From Camelus ferus (Eukaryota), in NCBI RefSeq assembly GCF_009834535.1, contig NC_045698.1:10914001-10978000 (forward strand): 64,000 bases of DNA, read 5' to 3'. The translations under genes were made by a program, and so were the position numbers. This document shows positions 49,682 to 63,680 of this stretch, piece after piece (within the stretch, counting starts at the first letter, position 1; each line of letters opens with the position of its first letter). The notes under the pieces were generated by a model. The model did not search any database, was not told the origin of the DNA, and saw only the letters and a list, made by a program, of their open reading frames with translations.

Positions 49682-51365
49682 CTTTTTTTTCTTTTTTCTT
49701 TTTTTAGTTGAGGTATAGCTGATTTACAGTATTATGTTAATTTCAGGTGTACAACATAGTGATTCAAAGTTTTCATGGATTATACTCCATTTAAAGTTAT
49801 TGTAAAATATTGGCTATATTCCCTATGCTGTACAATATATCATTGTATCTTATTTATTTTATACATAGTAGTTTGTGCTTCTTAATTTCCTACCCCTATC
49901 ATGCCCCTTCCCTCTTCCCTCTTCCACTGGTAACCACTAGTTTGTTCTTTATATCTGTGAGTCTGATTCTGCTTTGTAATATTCATTCACTTATTTTATT
50001 TTCTTAGATTTCACATATAAGTGATAACATAGAGTATTTGTCTTTCTCTGTCTGACTCATTTCAGTAAACTTAATACCCTCCAGGTCTATCCATGTTGTT
50101 GCAAATGGCAGAATTTCATTTTTTATGGCTGAGTAGTATTCCACTGTATATATTTATGTGTGTGTGTGTGTGTATAATCACATCTTCTTTATCCATTAAT
50201 CTGTTAATGGCCACTAGGTTGGTTCCATACTTTGGCAATTGTAAATAATGATGCTATGAACATTGGGGTGTATGTATCTTTTCAAATTAGTGTTTTCGTT
50301 TTTTCAGATATATACCCAGGAGTGGAATTGCTAGCTCATGTGGTAGTTCTATTTTTACTTTTTTGAGAAACCTCCATACTGTCTTCCACAGCAGCTGTAC
50401 CAACTTACATTCCAATCAATGATGTATGAGGGTTCCCTTTTCTCCACATCCTTGCCAATACTTTTTATTTCTTCTTTTTGACAATATTCATTCTGACAGG
50501 TGTGAGGTACTAACTCATTGTGATTTTCATGTGCATTTCCCTGATGATTAGTGATGTTGAGCATCTTTTCATGTGCCTGTTGGCCATGTGCACTCTTTTA
50601 CATGCAGCTGTCCAGTTTTCCCAGCACCACTTATTGAAGAGATTGTCTTTTCTCCATTGTATATTCTTGCCTCCTTTATCATAGATTAATTGACCACAAG
50701 TGTGTGGGTTTATTTATGGGCTATCTATTCTGTTCCATTGATCTATGTGCCTGTTTTGTGTCAGTAGCATATTATTTTGATAATTGTGGCTCTGTCGTAT
50801 AGTCTTAAGTCAGGGAGTATGATACCTCCAGTTTTGTTCTTTCTCAAGATTGCTTTGGCTACTTAGGGTCTTTTATATTTCCATACAAATTTTAGAAGTA
50901 TTGCTTCCAGTCCTGTGAAAAATGCCACTGTTATTTTGATAGAGATTGTATTGACTCTGTAGATTGCCTTGGGTAGTATGGTCATTTTAACAATATTAAT
51001 TCTTCCAATCCATGAATAGGCTTTATCTTTCTGTTTCTGTCATCTTCAGTTTCTTTCATCAGTGTCTTATAGCTTTCTAAGTACAGGTCGTTTATCTCCT
51101 TAGTTAGATTTATTCCTAGGTACTTTATTCTTTTTGATGTGGCCATAAATGGGATTGACTCCTTAATTTACATTTCTGATAGCTCATTGTTCTTGTATAG
51201 AAATACAACAGATTTCTGTACACTAATTTTGCAACTTTCCGGAATTCATTGATGAACTGTAGTAGTTAGTGTTTTCTATGTGTAGTTATCATGTCATCTG
51301 CAAACAGTGACACTTTTCTTCTTCCTTTCCAATTTATTTATTTTTCTTATCTGATTGCTGTGGCA
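49682..51365 (-). mobile_element. L1 3' portion (3' UTR and ORF2 C-terminal part, internally deleted near 50595)
   Basis: T-rich tail at 49682, then tttcaggtgtacaacatagtgattc, gcatttccctgatgattagtgatgttgagcatcttttcatgtgcctgttggcc, and atcatgtcatctgcaaacag (antisense of LFADDMI). Confidence 0.92.
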
Positions 51366-53269
51366 GTTATCTATATTTGAACACATTCAAGGTTCTGTTA
51401 ATTTTGTAACTATGGAAATTCATCCACATAAGAAAGTATTTGCTAAGGGGATCTGGGACCCCTCTAGATGGTTACATAGCATAATACAGAAAGAAGAATG
51501 CATGCACAGCTATTTGTTAAGCAAATATTGTTTAGTTTCAGGCAAGTTTATTGGTAACAAGATTTTATTTACTATGTCAATTTAAGCTTCTTTCTCTGGC
51601 AATAAACAATGCTTAATTTTTTAGCTTTAGACTTAAAATTTCTACTATCAATTTTTGAATAGTCTTTGAATTCTCTTCAATACATTGTATACTATGCTCA
51701 ATTGTTCATTTGTTCATTCATTCATTCTTTTCCATTATTCATCACATGCCCTTAGATAAGAACAGAAACCATCCTATCCCTGCTGTTGAGGAATCCACTA
51801 TCTAGAAAGTTTGCTGATGAATGATTTACTATAATACATCTACAAATGACAATAAGAGGGCTTGAAATACACACTTAAGGCCAGAAGAATTAACACAGTA
51901 AATCAAATTGGAAAATGAAAAGGTTGATGAATCCTGAAGTTTGTGCGAGTAGCTTGGAAGATCTTCGAAGGCAAAAATCTCATATTCTTATTCTGAATTC
52001 CTCAAAACAACTGGAGCATGTTTGGTGGATATTCATCTTATGCTTGTTAAATGAATTCCACATATTAAAATGTTAAAAGGCAACAGACCATAAACTGCTG
52101 TCCCGTTGGCTTGTTGTTGAGACACATTGAATTCAGAATATTTTGACAGAAGATTAAGTGCTATATGATTCTTCAGTTTCCATCCTCCATCTATTTTCAG
52201 TTATTTTCATTATATTACCCACATCTCTCAAGAGTTCAATTCTTTCTACTTCTGTTTCATTGTTCTAGACAGTTTTTTACACTTTAGAAATGTTCAGCAG
52301 AGTGTTTTGTTAATTCACTATTTTTCAAGTAAGATTAATTTTCACATTTCCCACAGGTTCAGTCTTTAATTTTCTACATTATATGAGTAGAAAAATATAG
52401 CAACAATGGGTAGATGAGGTTTTCAATCACAAGATTTGGGGCCAAGTTGATGGAATATAGAAGGAAAAAAATCTCTCTCTTTTTCTCTCTCTCTCCCACC
52501 CTCTTTCTTGCTGTCTCATAAACACCAGTAGTGTGCTTTAGGAATACTTGTAGGTAGCTCTAAAATATAAACCAAAACCCAAGGAGTAAGCAAGCTAAGG
52601 AGTCTACAAATAATTAAGCAGAAAAAACCAAGCTCTACCATCCTCAGTGGATTTGTTAAATGTGTATGTTTCCTCCAGTCTTGGGCCCAAACTTCTCTTT
52701 ATTATTCCTCAAAGAAGCATTTTTTGATTTTATGAGATAAAGTTGTTTATTTCCTCAACACTTCTGTTTGTGACTGGGCAAAAAGTTCATCTCTAGCTCT
52801 TTGGAGAAGATTGTTGAAACCCATTTGAAAAAGCCACTTAATTGACTCATCCTGGGAAAAGCAGCAACTCTTTCTAGAGTACTCAGAGTGGCCTTAGGGA
52901 TTTTATTTATTATAGTTCTACAGAGTACATGTCAATCCAGAAGGCTTAAATTTAGTTATCTACACAAAAGAAAATCCCTTAAGTAGAGTATTTCCTTTTG
53001 TTAATGCTAAGTGAAGAAAATAGAAGGTGGTCAGTCTTTTTGCTGTGGGATAAATTACAAGGTGGAAGAAAACTGTCTAAGTAACTCAGGAAATTTAGTA
53101 GTCACATAGGGACTGGCTCAGAGTTGTCAACATGGTCTTAAAGAGAGACATTCTGAACTTTGAACTTTGAGGCTTACTAAAGATGCTTTCATTTCTAAGA
53201 AGGCACTTCACTTTTGCTCTTTTTTTGGCATGGCTGTTTATATCTTTCTGCCATTTTTTCTCCTTGTCT

Positions 53270-54720
53270 TAATGAGCATGTACCTCAAGAGTGCCACACT
53301 TTATAGCTACTGGCTTTATGTTATTACTCCTTCATTTCCCTTACAAAATTTCTCAAAACTGTCTATTCCCTCATCTTCCATTCACTCTCAATTCATTACA
53401 GTCGGACTTCTTCTTTCACTCTTCTACTAATACATTAACTTCCGTGGGGAAAAACCAACAAAAACTCAAAAAAGTTTTTTTAAGTTGTATATTATTTTCC
53501 TTTAAAAGATCTTAAAGGCTAAATAGCTTTGAATTTTGAACAAGTGCTCACCCACTGATGTCAAGTCAAAGAGAAAATGGTTTTTTAATTTTTTTTTAAG
53601 GAAGGAAACAAACAGCTTCTGCAAGATGGAGAAAATTTCATGCCTAGACTCTCTTTCCTAGAGAAGCAGCAGTGGTGTTGCAGAGAAAAAATACAATTTT
53701 ATTGAAGAAGCTTAGGTCTTTTGGGTAAACCTTTGAAGAGAGACAATGGAAAATGACAATCAAATGGCTTATTCTAAGATCCCACCTTACTTGGTATTTC
53801 TGTGTTTTCCCACACTCTTGTCCCCTATCTTTATCTGGCAGCCTTCTCCCATGACTCTTCACCCTCACTGACTTTCTCACAGCAGGACCTTTTGGCTCTC
53901 CACCTGCTCCCTCTCAGTCATCTTCTCAGCTCATTTAGTCTCATCTCAGCCTTCAGTGACAGGATTCTCCAGGACCTGATTTCAGTTCTCTCTGCCATGC
54001 ATATCCACCCTTATGCCTCAACTACTGCCCACAGGCTATTGGCTCCCAGTCACTCTTTCCATACCTGATCCCTCCTCTGAGCTCAAGACCCACATTTCCA
54101 TTTTTCCAAGGCCAATCTCAACTTACTTTTCTCTCTTGGGCACCTTAAACTTAACAGGTTATAACTAGTCTTTTACTCCCCTCCACTCCCCTCCCCCAAA
54201 CTGTGTTACTCCCTGTATAAACTGCCCCTGAAATTGGAATCATGTTGCCTTGATGTCTTCTTTCACACCCTCATCCTCCATATCCAATCATCCTCAAATC
54301 CTTATCAGGTCTACTTCCTAAATAGCTGCTCTATCTGTTCTCTTTATTCTCGTAACCACTCACCACCTGTCATTGGGCCACTGAAATTGTCTCTTGCCTA
54401 CTTCCCCTCTCCCTGTCTTCTTTCTTCTCCACATTTCTCCAAATAGGTAATAGCTTAATTTTTTAATGGAAAAAATTACTACATAAAAATTACTACCTAA
54501 AAATCTGACAGTGGCTTTCAGTCACTCTAAAACCTAAGATAAATTCAATATTTTAGCTTGTCATATAAGAACTTACAAACTCTGGCTCCAGGTTGCTTGG
54601 CAAGCTTTGTTTTCTACAGGGTCTTTCTCTGCACCAAGTCAAACATGCCAGGATCCCTTTTGACTTCTTGCCTTTTCCTTCGCTTGGAACTTCCCTTTGA
54701 TTGTGTAATTGAAGACTGAC
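53270..54720 (+). mobile_element. Fragmented L2
   Basis: Pyrimidine-rich L2 ORF/3' text: cacccttatgcctcaactac, ctcctctgagctcaagacccacatttcca, ccatatccaatcatcctcaaatccttatcaggtctacttcctaaatagct. Confidence 0.65.
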
Positions 54721-55362
54721 TACCTGTCCAACAAGATGAAATGTGGACCTTGTAATGGCTTTTCTCAATCTTCTTTCATTCCACAGGTTTTGATCCATAC
54801 CTCTGTTATAACACCATAGAAGATGCTGAGGATATCTCATCTGTAACCAAAGGAAGCCTGAAATTACAGTTAACCCATCTGACATAGATTCCTGGTTCTA
54901 CCACTTCTCTAAGTGTGATCATGGATAAGACATGTAACTTATTTTAAAGACAGAGTTAATAATAAACCACCTAATTTGTGAGGAATAAATAATGTGAAAG
55001 GAGTTTATAAACACTGGCTTTTTGTAAATATGCTATTGTTTGCTATCCTTGAACAATTTTTGCTCATATGTACTCTTCTCTTTCTAGGCTTCAGCAGCTA
55101 CTTTATTTTTGCGGAGTGGCAGAAAAGTATGTTATTTACCATATTTCACTCTTGCTACTGTTGTTCCTATACTTGACTCTTTTTACCTACTGGATTATAT
55201 GTTCCTGGGCCTGGAGACCATGTCATATTCATCATTGCAAACCTTACACTGTCTAGAATTTATAAGAAGCTTATTTAATATTTGGTGATTGAATATGAAC
55301 CCTATATTAAATTATTAGAATTAGTGAATATTAGAACTACTGCATTTTTCTATCCTTTAAGC

Positions 55363-55555
55363 CAGCAGTTCTCACCCAGAGGTGATTTTTGACCCAGGGG
55401 ACATTTGGTAAATGTAAAGACGTTTTCATTGTCCCCACTGGGAGTTGAGAGGATGCCATGAAGTTTAGTGGATGGAGGCCAGGGATGCTGCCAACACGCT
55501 ACAACAAGGAATTTTCCAGTTCAAATGCCAGTAGTGATGAGGTTGAGAAATCCTG
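55363..55555 (+). mobile_element. MER20 (hAT-Charlie)
   Basis: cagcagttctcacccagaggtgattttt...ggggacatttgg...gaggccagggatgctgc...gaggttgagaaatcctg, with 8-bp TSD-like ctttaagc / ctttacac. Confidence 0.9.
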
Positions 55556-58500
55556 CTTTACACTAAAAAGATTATCTACAAGAATAGCCATCTTGGCCAA
55601 AATAGGCTTGTGCTACTAATAATAACCAGAAATATGAAATAAATATTACTTAACTAGGTCCAATATTTCATCAGAAAAATAGCTCTGACATCTTGGGGGA
55701 TTTCTGAAAGTTTTGCTTTGAGAATTTTTCTAAGATTTCTTTTTCTTTCTTCCTGGTATGAATTTTTATTATCCTCATAGTTCATCTCAACTTACAGGAT
55801 AATTTCAATAGTGTAATACTTCACTTGCTTTAAAAATTTGGTTTAATATTTCATAAAAAATGGCAAACAGATCCCAACTTTGCATATATTTTTAAAAAGT
55901 AATGTCAATGTTTTCAATAGCCAGTGTTTAACTTTTAGAAGTATAATCATAGAATAAAATATTCCTATGAGTATGTTTAATTTTTTATTATTCAAACATT
56001 ATTTTGCAATTGAGGAATTAAATGTAAAGGGTATGCTAAGGATAAAGAAATAGGGAAAATACTCTTTATGTTTGTTTAAGACCTAAGATATCCATTTACT
56101 ACTTCATCGATCTTAGGCAAGTTATGGTAATGGGAAAGCAGTGACAGGATGGTTAGCTTGGAAATCTGAGAAGCTGTGGCAAGATTCTTTTAAACTAGAA
56201 AAAGGACTTTTACTCTATTGACTTTCTTCCTTGCCACCTTTCTTCTCAGTTGTTAAGGGTGCGGCACAGCCCGAAAACCAGCCTGATCGTTAGCTTGGAC
56301 TACACAGCAATGTAGTCCAGTAGAACTCCAGGGAATGCGAGAGCTGTGACATTTCTGCCATCTTCCTGCTGAGACATTGCCCTGCTGTATCTTTTGACAC
56401 TGAGATTGTATAGGAGAATAAGAGTACGAATTCGTTTTCCACATAGAGAGGTTAAGTTTTCACCTCCTTTCTCTCAGTTTGACAACACACATAATTTTTC
56501 TAGTCCTCCTTTTTTAAAAAATGAGAATAATAGCAATATTAATACTAATACTTATCCTTCATAAGTGGAACTACTGGTTTGTGGGTCAGGTTTAATTATG
56601 TTTATGGCTTTTTGAAAGCGAGTGCACCATAAAAATGGTATACGTTGTTGTGTAATGAGTACGCACTTGAGTTTGAGGAGAGACACAAAGATTTTTAAAG
56701 CTTTTAGATGTGGCCTCTTTTTCTAACAGTATGACAGTAAGTGACAATTGTCCTTCTGGAGGATCCCGGGAGTTGTTGTGTTTGGCCGCTGTCCTTGAAG
56801 GTAGGGCAAGCTGTTTGTGAGGAGAAGTTGATAGAAAATGTGCTAAACCAACCCTCTCTTTTTTTAACTTCAAAAATCAGACTCTAATTATAGATATCTT
56901 TTCCATATTGAACCACCACTAATTTAACCAAAAACATGTGTATGTAACAAAAGAACTCGTAAAAGGAACATTTGAGGTTTCACATGGATTTCTGTAAAAG
57001 ACAAACACAGTAAAATCACAGAATTGGCTGATGGACGTTCTGCTACACTAAAGCTATAAAGGTTTTATTGAATCTTTGGGACTTATAACATCCATTCATC
57101 CTTTAAGAGAAACTAAAGGTCTTAATCCGTAGAGGATCTTTCCCCTGCTTCCCAGAGAAACAAATCCTCCCACCTTGAATGGCCCAGTGCAGAGCTTTCT
57201 GGAACCTGGTGTGATTTGCATTTCTGATCTCCATCCAACCCTGCATCGTTTGTGCTAAGGAGAGTTTTCAACCCTGTCGCTGAGCTATGACTTGATATTA
57301 AGCACTTAGCACTGAAGCTATTGCAGTATGTTTCCGATGAGAAAAGTGTCCATTTTGCAACTTATCCCGGAAAGATGCTAATAATGCCAAGAACACTAAA
57401 TAGACGTTCACCAAATACCGTAAATTTGACTCACACTCAAAATTAAAATGCTCAGAGTATGACACCCAGAGACCACTTGTTATCCAAGGCTGACAAATGG
57501 ACTTGCAGTCCAAGGCCCCATGGAAAAGCCTTCTGTGTTTTAGAGTGATATTGAGAAAAATTATTCAATAAGTTGAATTCAATAAACACTTCCCTTACCT
57601 TGATGCAGCCTACTTACACATTCCTATTTCCTTTGTCTCTTCTCATAAACAGTTAAGAGGAGCCTTTGAGAAGTCAGGCAAACCAATACGCTAGACCATG
57701 GATCATAGGGGCCATCAGCTAGCTAAGACAGAAAATGTCTGTTGTAATGTTATGCTTCTTGGAAATGAGATAAGAAAGTGGACAATGTCTACTACATAGT
57801 TATATAAGTCTTTTGTAAATTATAGGAGCCCAGGTTATGCATGTCCATAGTCCTGAGCACAACAGCTTCTTATGAAACAAACAGAGAAGACAGAGATTTC
57901 TGGGAGAAGATGACTTTTTCTTTTCATTTTGGATTCAAGGTATTTGGAGGTACTACTTTATTTTGTATCATTAAAATTCTATCATGGTAAAAAAAGTAAT
58001 TGTGAAGGCATCACCTACAACGATCACTGGATTATCGGGTGATACGCATGCTAGTTATTTTGTAGGATGTTATTATTATTTCTGGGCTAAATATTTTTAG
58101 CAAGCATTAATTAGAAAGAAATATCTGGGTAAAGGTGGCAGAATAATTCAGGATCACAAACATTTTCCCAGTATCTATGAAAATAAATTTGTTAAAGTTT
58201 TAAAAATAGCTAAAATCTACTAGTAGTAACTGAAATAGGGAACATACACAATTTTATGGTAAAATCTTCAAAATGTGTTATCATAGGAAAGCACAACAAA
58301 TGGTTCTGATGGGTATGAGCAACAGCCAGACCGATAGCCATAAGCAGTACTAAGGAAAGAACGATAATCAACAAAACGTTTTGACATTTCATCTGTATAG
58401 GGGTAATTGGTTTTCTATAATCAAAGGATTGAACAAATGGAACAGAAAAATGCATATAGGTGCAATGCAGGAAACTTTCCCTAAATAAAGGAAGAAATAA

Positions 58501-58578
58501 ACTGTGTGTGAAAATGGCATGTGGTATACAAGGAAAATTTGATAAAGAAGAGTTTACATGGAAATGTTATTCCAAATA

Positions 58579-58801
58579 TAGTTGACCCTTCCTTGAACAA
58601 CATGGTTTTGAACTCTGAGGGTTCACTCATATGCAGATTTTTTTCAATAGTAAATAACAACAGTTGGTAGCACCTGTTCATGCAGAACCATGGATATGGA
58701 GCAACCAGGTACAGGAAGGACCAGCCACAAATTATATGTGGGTTTTCCAATGGGGAGTCATCTTCCCTAACCCCTTTCCTGAATTGTTCAAAGGTCAACT
58801 G
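58579..58801 (+). mobile_element. MER8/Tigger2-derived MITE
   Basis: TIRs tagttgaccctt...tgaacaa and ttgttcaaaggtcaactg; internal tttgaactctgagggttcactcatatgcagattttttt. Confidence 0.85.
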
Positions 58802-58809
58802 GAAAAGCC

Positions 58810-59285
58810 AAGACCTTCAGTTGCCTCAAGGCCTTATGTGACATTTGTCTCCATTTTCTCTCTGACCACATCTTTTACTTATTCTTGGTATTACCGTCTC
58901 TGCACTGGCTGTACTTGCTTCCTCACTGTTATTGAACACACCATGGTAGGAGGCTAATGGCTCATGATCTTTGTCTGGAAGGCTCCTCACCAGGTAGGCA
59001 CATGCCCAGATTCTTTACCCCCATGAAGTCTTTGTTGAAATGTCACTTGTCCAGTAAGTGTTAAAATTGACACATAATATCCAGCTCTTTCTGTGCTATT
59101 TTCCTGCTTGAGTTTCTCCATAGCAGTTACTACCTTCCAACATATTATGTAATTTACTTTTCATTTTAGTTTTATGCATCCGCACTTCTATGTATGTGAC
59201 CTGACAACAAGGTTTTTTTTTTTTTTTTTACTACTTTATTTCAGTGCTAAGAAAAATGACCAGCATATTGTAAATGACCAATAAA
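58810..59285 (+). mobile_element. L2 3' region
   Basis: ctctgcactggctgtacttgcttcctcactgttattgaacacacca...gtctttgttgaaatgtcact...tttctccatagcagttactaccttccaacatattatg. Confidence 0.7.
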
Positions 59286-59912
59286 TACTAAAACTGAGCA
59301 GAACCCTTTTGGACCCTCTTTGGTATATGAGGCTCCCGCATTCCTTTGTCTCTTGAAGTAAAAGGCTTTGCTTCACGCCTCCCCTGAGTCTCAAAAGGCT
59401 GGCTCAAGAGTTAATAATTAGGAAAATGTGAACATGTGATAACAAAGAATAGCTGTTGTGTTGGGAAATTGGTAACAATTTAAACAATAGATCAGCCCTA
59501 TAGCAGAGTCCCAGGACCTTAGTTACTCCCTAAAGGACATAGATAATGATGTCTGATGCACATTTCTAAGTGGTCTTTACAGAAACCAGACCCCTCCCCC
59601 AATATGGACACTGCTGATCACAATCATGTAGACTCCAGACCATTTGGGACCAGAAGGTTGATGAGTAAGACTCCTGAAACATCACCCTGTTACCTCCACA
59701 CCAACAAATCAGAAGAATGTCCATGAGCTGATCAAGCACCCTGCAACTCACACCCCTAATGTTGCCATTAAAACCCCTTCCCTGAAGGCCGTCAAGGAGT
59801 TCAGGTCATTTGAGCGCTAGCTTTCCATTCTCCTTACTTGGGTCCCTGCAATAAAGGCTGTACTTTTCTTCCGCACCTTGGGTGAGCAGACCAAAATCCA
59901 GGTTCAGTAACA
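59286..59912 (+). mobile_element. ERV1-type solo LTR
   Basis: aaaactgagcagaaccc...attaaaaccccttccctgaaggccgtcaaggagttcaggtcatttgagc...ccctgcaataaa...ggttcagtaaca; has a TATA-like element, a poly(A) signal and a CA end. Confidence 0.75.
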
Positions 59913-60038
59913 ATATCTATGAAATGAATAATGTTTGTGGATTATTACATGCAAGAAAACTTAGAAAGCTGTGTTCAAAGAACACACAGGAATTAATACT
60001 TAGGCGCATTAAGATACCTGGACTAAGTCCCACTGGGA

Positions 60039-60249
60039 CAGTGGTGTGCTAGAGCCCGCATGCACCAGCTCACACAGCCAACTGTGAATGTGTCTTTCCA
60101 ACTCTGTGTTCAGTGACATCATGTGGTAGCCTAAAATCAGCCCTGAAAACATTTGCACCAAAAAAAAAAAAAAAATCAGCAAATGCTACACATGAGGACT
60201 TTTCTTTTCCTTCAAGCTGGTTATTAAACATTTACCAGAACATGACTAT
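60039..60249 (+). mobile_element. MER63A-like (hAT-Blackjack)
   Basis: cagtggtgtgctagagcc...ttccaactctgtgttcagtgacatcatgtggtagcctaaaatcagcc...aaatcagcaaatgctaca...ttaaacatttaccagaacatgact. Confidence 0.85.
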
Positions 60250-60819
60250 GTAAGGGGAACAGAATGAAATTTAGAATCAGAGGATTTAAATTTGAATCCT
60301 ACTTCCACTACTTACCACCTCTTTAATTTGGGAAGATGATGTTGTATTTCCAGGTCTCAATTTCCTTAATTTTAAAGTGGGAGGGAGGAAACTTGTCAGA
60401 AAGGGTAGCTTGAGATAAAACACAAAGAAGAGACTGGGGTTCCTGAGCCCTGCTCACTCAGCCTCTCCTACCACACACAGTCCCCCCAGGCACAGGTGGA
60501 AGGCTTGGTGTCTGCTCCCCTGGACTGGCTGGGTTAGAGAGCAATAATACTCATTTTTATACCTGGTTGATACAGCTTCTAATATTTTATTCATGATTTT
60601 ACATTTCAGTATAATTTTGCAGCTTATTCTTTTCTTACTTAGTTTTGGTGTCAAGGTTTTACAAATTTCATTAAATAAGTTGAGAATCATTCTCTAATTT
60701 TTTGTTCTTTGGAAAAGTTTTTATAAGACTAGAATTATTCCATCCTGAATACTTGGCATAACTTGTTTGCTTTGAGATCTGGTGGGATTTTGACAGGTAT
60801 ATTCCTTTTTTTTGGAGGT

Positions 60820-60886
60820 TTTTTTTTTTTAATTGAAGTATAGTTGACTTACAATGTTGTATTAGTTTCAGGTGTAAGCAAAGTGA

Positions 60887-60921
<35 letters not shown>

Positions 60922-61456
60922 TTTTCAGGTTCTTTTTCATTATAGGATATTGAATATAGTTTCCTGTTCCATACAGTAGAAACTTATTGTTTATCTATTT
61001 TATATATAGTAGTGTGTCTGCTAATCCCAAACTCCTAATTTATCCCTCCCCCCAACTCCTTTCCCCTTTGGTAACCATAAATTTGCTTTCCATGTCTGTG
61101 AGTCTATTTGTTTTGTAAATAAGTTCATTTGTGTCATTTTTCTTAGATTTCACATATTAGCACAATATCATATGACATTTGTCTTTCTCTGTCTGACTTA
61201 CTTCATTTAGTATGATAATCTCGAAGTCCATGTTGCTGCAAAAGGCATTATTTCATTCTTTTTTATGGCTGAGTAATATTTCATTGTATATATCTACTAC
61301 ATCTTCTTTATCCATTCATTTTTCTGTCAATAAACATTTAGTTTGCTTCCATGTCTTGGCTACTGTAAATAGTGCTGCTATGAACATTGGGGTGCATGTA
61401 CTTTTTGAATTAGAGTTTTTTGTCTTTTCTGGATGTATGCCCAGGAGTGGGATTGA
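60820..61456 (-). mobile_element. L1 3' end containing a (TA)n microsatellite at about 60890-60918
   Basis: ttttttaattgaagtatagttgacttacaatgttgtattagtttcaggtgt...gtgctgctatgaacattggggtgcatgta...cccaggagtgggattg. Confidence 0.92.
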
Positions 61457-61469
61457 ATGAATAATAATA

Positions 61470-62020
61470 GATTTAATGCAGTCTAAAGTTAATCATTATC
61501 TTTATTCTCTTCTCATATAATGCATGACCTTAGAACAGTTTTAAACTAACCAATTCTCTCTTAAATGTTATTTCTAACCAATGTACTATTTCAATCATTT
61601 AACTTTTTAGAATCAAATGTGATTATTATTGTTTGAAACAGTTGATGTTTGTTTAGCTCTGACCATGTTTATCATTTTCTTTGCTCACCCCTCCTTGGTG
61701 GGTCTCCACCATCCCTTCTGGGACCATTTTCTTCATTTATGATGTACTTGTTTTACTGTAATGTATGTTATTGCCTACTCTTGTTTTCATTTTTTTTCTT
61801 GAAAATATCTTTATTTTTGTCCTCATTTTCGAATGATAGTTTAGCTATGTATGGAATTCTTAGTTAATAGTTATATTCTCATAGCATTTTGAAGATATGA
61901 ATGCTCTGTGTTCTAGCCTCCATTGTTACTATTGAGAAGTCAATTGTTGGTATAATTATTGTGATTAATCTCTCTATTCTCTCTGACTTTTTTTCTTGAT
62001 CATCTCATGATCAATATATG
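61470..62020 (-). mobile_element. Old L1ME/HAL1 ORF1 fragment
   Basis: tgaaaatatctttatttttgtcctcattttcgaatgatagtttagctatgtatggaattcttagtt...ttctagcctccattgttactattgagaagtc. Confidence 0.7.
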
Positions 62021-62744
62021 TAATCACTCACTGTCATAAATTCCTTTCTTTATAACTAGCCTAAAATCTTTTCTGTGTTAGAAAGATTATTTTTCTTAGC
62101 CTTGTTCTTACAGAAATCGTATAGTTATTCATCATTTCTTTATTAATTATTTTATTTAAATAGGATTTATTGAATATCCTCTACACACTTAGGATTGTTC
62201 TAAGCACTACAGATGAAGGACAAAAAAAAAAAAAAGAAACCCAGAGAGAAGGCCCGTGTTCTAATAGAGTTTCTCTTCTACATTAGACAATTAAGCCCTG
62301 CTTCATTCTTTCATAGGCTATGAAAGTATTGAGATCATTTACAATTTTCCTTATGTGGTTAATTTTCCACCCTTTAATAACTCTTATTTTTCTCCTAGGT
62401 CTCCTTGACACGGACTTTGTAATCTTGAGTCTGTCAAAGTATGTTAATGGTAAGTCTGTGCAAAGCTCCAGTCAAGATTTCAGTGGTCTCATACGTAAAA
62501 GTTTTCTTTAATTTCATAGTTACAGGGAGTAACCAAAGTGGAATTTAAGATACCAGGACCCTTGGTCAAGCTTCAACAGCAGAGTGGTCTTGAACAAATT
62601 CCTAAATCATTCTGGGTTCGAATGTCCAAAATTCAAGAACAAAGTGGTTCCAGTGATTCTTTAGGTTGTTCTAGTTCTATACTCTATTTTCCAAAGCACC
62701 AAAAAGTAGACACCTTAGTGAGGAGCCCTGAAATCCAGCCTCTC

Positions 62745-63230
62745 CTATTCAATTGCAGAGACGAAGAGTGTTTCTTACATTTGGATCAGGAAAGACTTCA
62801 TCCGCAAAACCACAAAGCAGAAAACCCAACTTGGTGGCTTCAACAGAAGGAGATCTATCATCTCACCAACAAATCCTAAATAGGTAAATTCAGGGTTGGT
62901 GTAGCTGCTTACAAGTGTCACCGGGGCCCTCGGCTCCTTCTCTCTCTTTGTTTCAAGCCATCATTTCAGGAACATTGTTCTTGGACAGTAGCCAGGTCTT
63001 GGGGCATCAGATCTTCACTTCAGGCAGCAAAAGGAGGAAGAAGGAAAGAGCCAAAGAGGCAAAATGGGCCATAGTTACTAAGCTCATCCCTTTGAAAAAG
63101 TCTTTCTTGGAAATTTCCTCCACTGACTTCTATGAACATGTAATTGTCCAAAACTGTGTCACATGGTTATTCTTATCTGTTAATAGTCATGAAAAATTGA
63201 GTATTTTCAGCCTTTCTATTGGAAGAAGCT
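62745..63230 (-). mobile_element. Old MLT1 (J/K-like) LTR
   Basis: aacttggtggcttcaacagaaggagatctatcatctcacc...cattgtccaaaactgtgtcacatgg-like segment near 63143. Confidence 0.6.
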
Positions 63231-63604
63231 AATATATTTAAATTCTGTAATCATTACCCATCTTGTCTTTGTGAAAAAATAAAGACTTAGATATAATGAA
63301 TCATGGACTAAGAAAAAACATCCAATCATAGTAAAAACAAACAAGACACAATTCAGTGAGGGAATGTGATGAACTAAAAGTGTGCAGTTTTGAATTAAAT
63401 GTGTATTTCCTTTGCTCTACACTTTAATCCTGCCAGATGTTCTCTTGAGAGAGAAGCAAGGTGCCTTCTGTTACCTCTGTTCTAATATATAAATATGATC
63501 TTACAATGGAGAGGGAGAGGGGAAGAGAAACTAGGGGAAGAGAGAGAAGAAACAGAGTGAGAGCAAGAGAGAGAGAGATTCAGTAGACGGTTAATGTGGT
63601 TACT

Positions 63605-63680
63605 TTCTGTTCTCCAGCAACAATGGCGTTTACTTGATGATGACTGTATACAATGGAATGCATGCTGTCAATCAATTGAG
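63605..63680. promoter_or_regulatory. Candidate enhancer (motif cluster)
   Basis: X-box-like gttctccagcaac (63609-63621), SOX aacaatgg (63619-63626), FOX gtttac, TEAD tggaatg (63654-63660) and PBX-MEIS/PREP TGATTGACAG (minus strand, 63665-63674). Confidence 0.35.
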
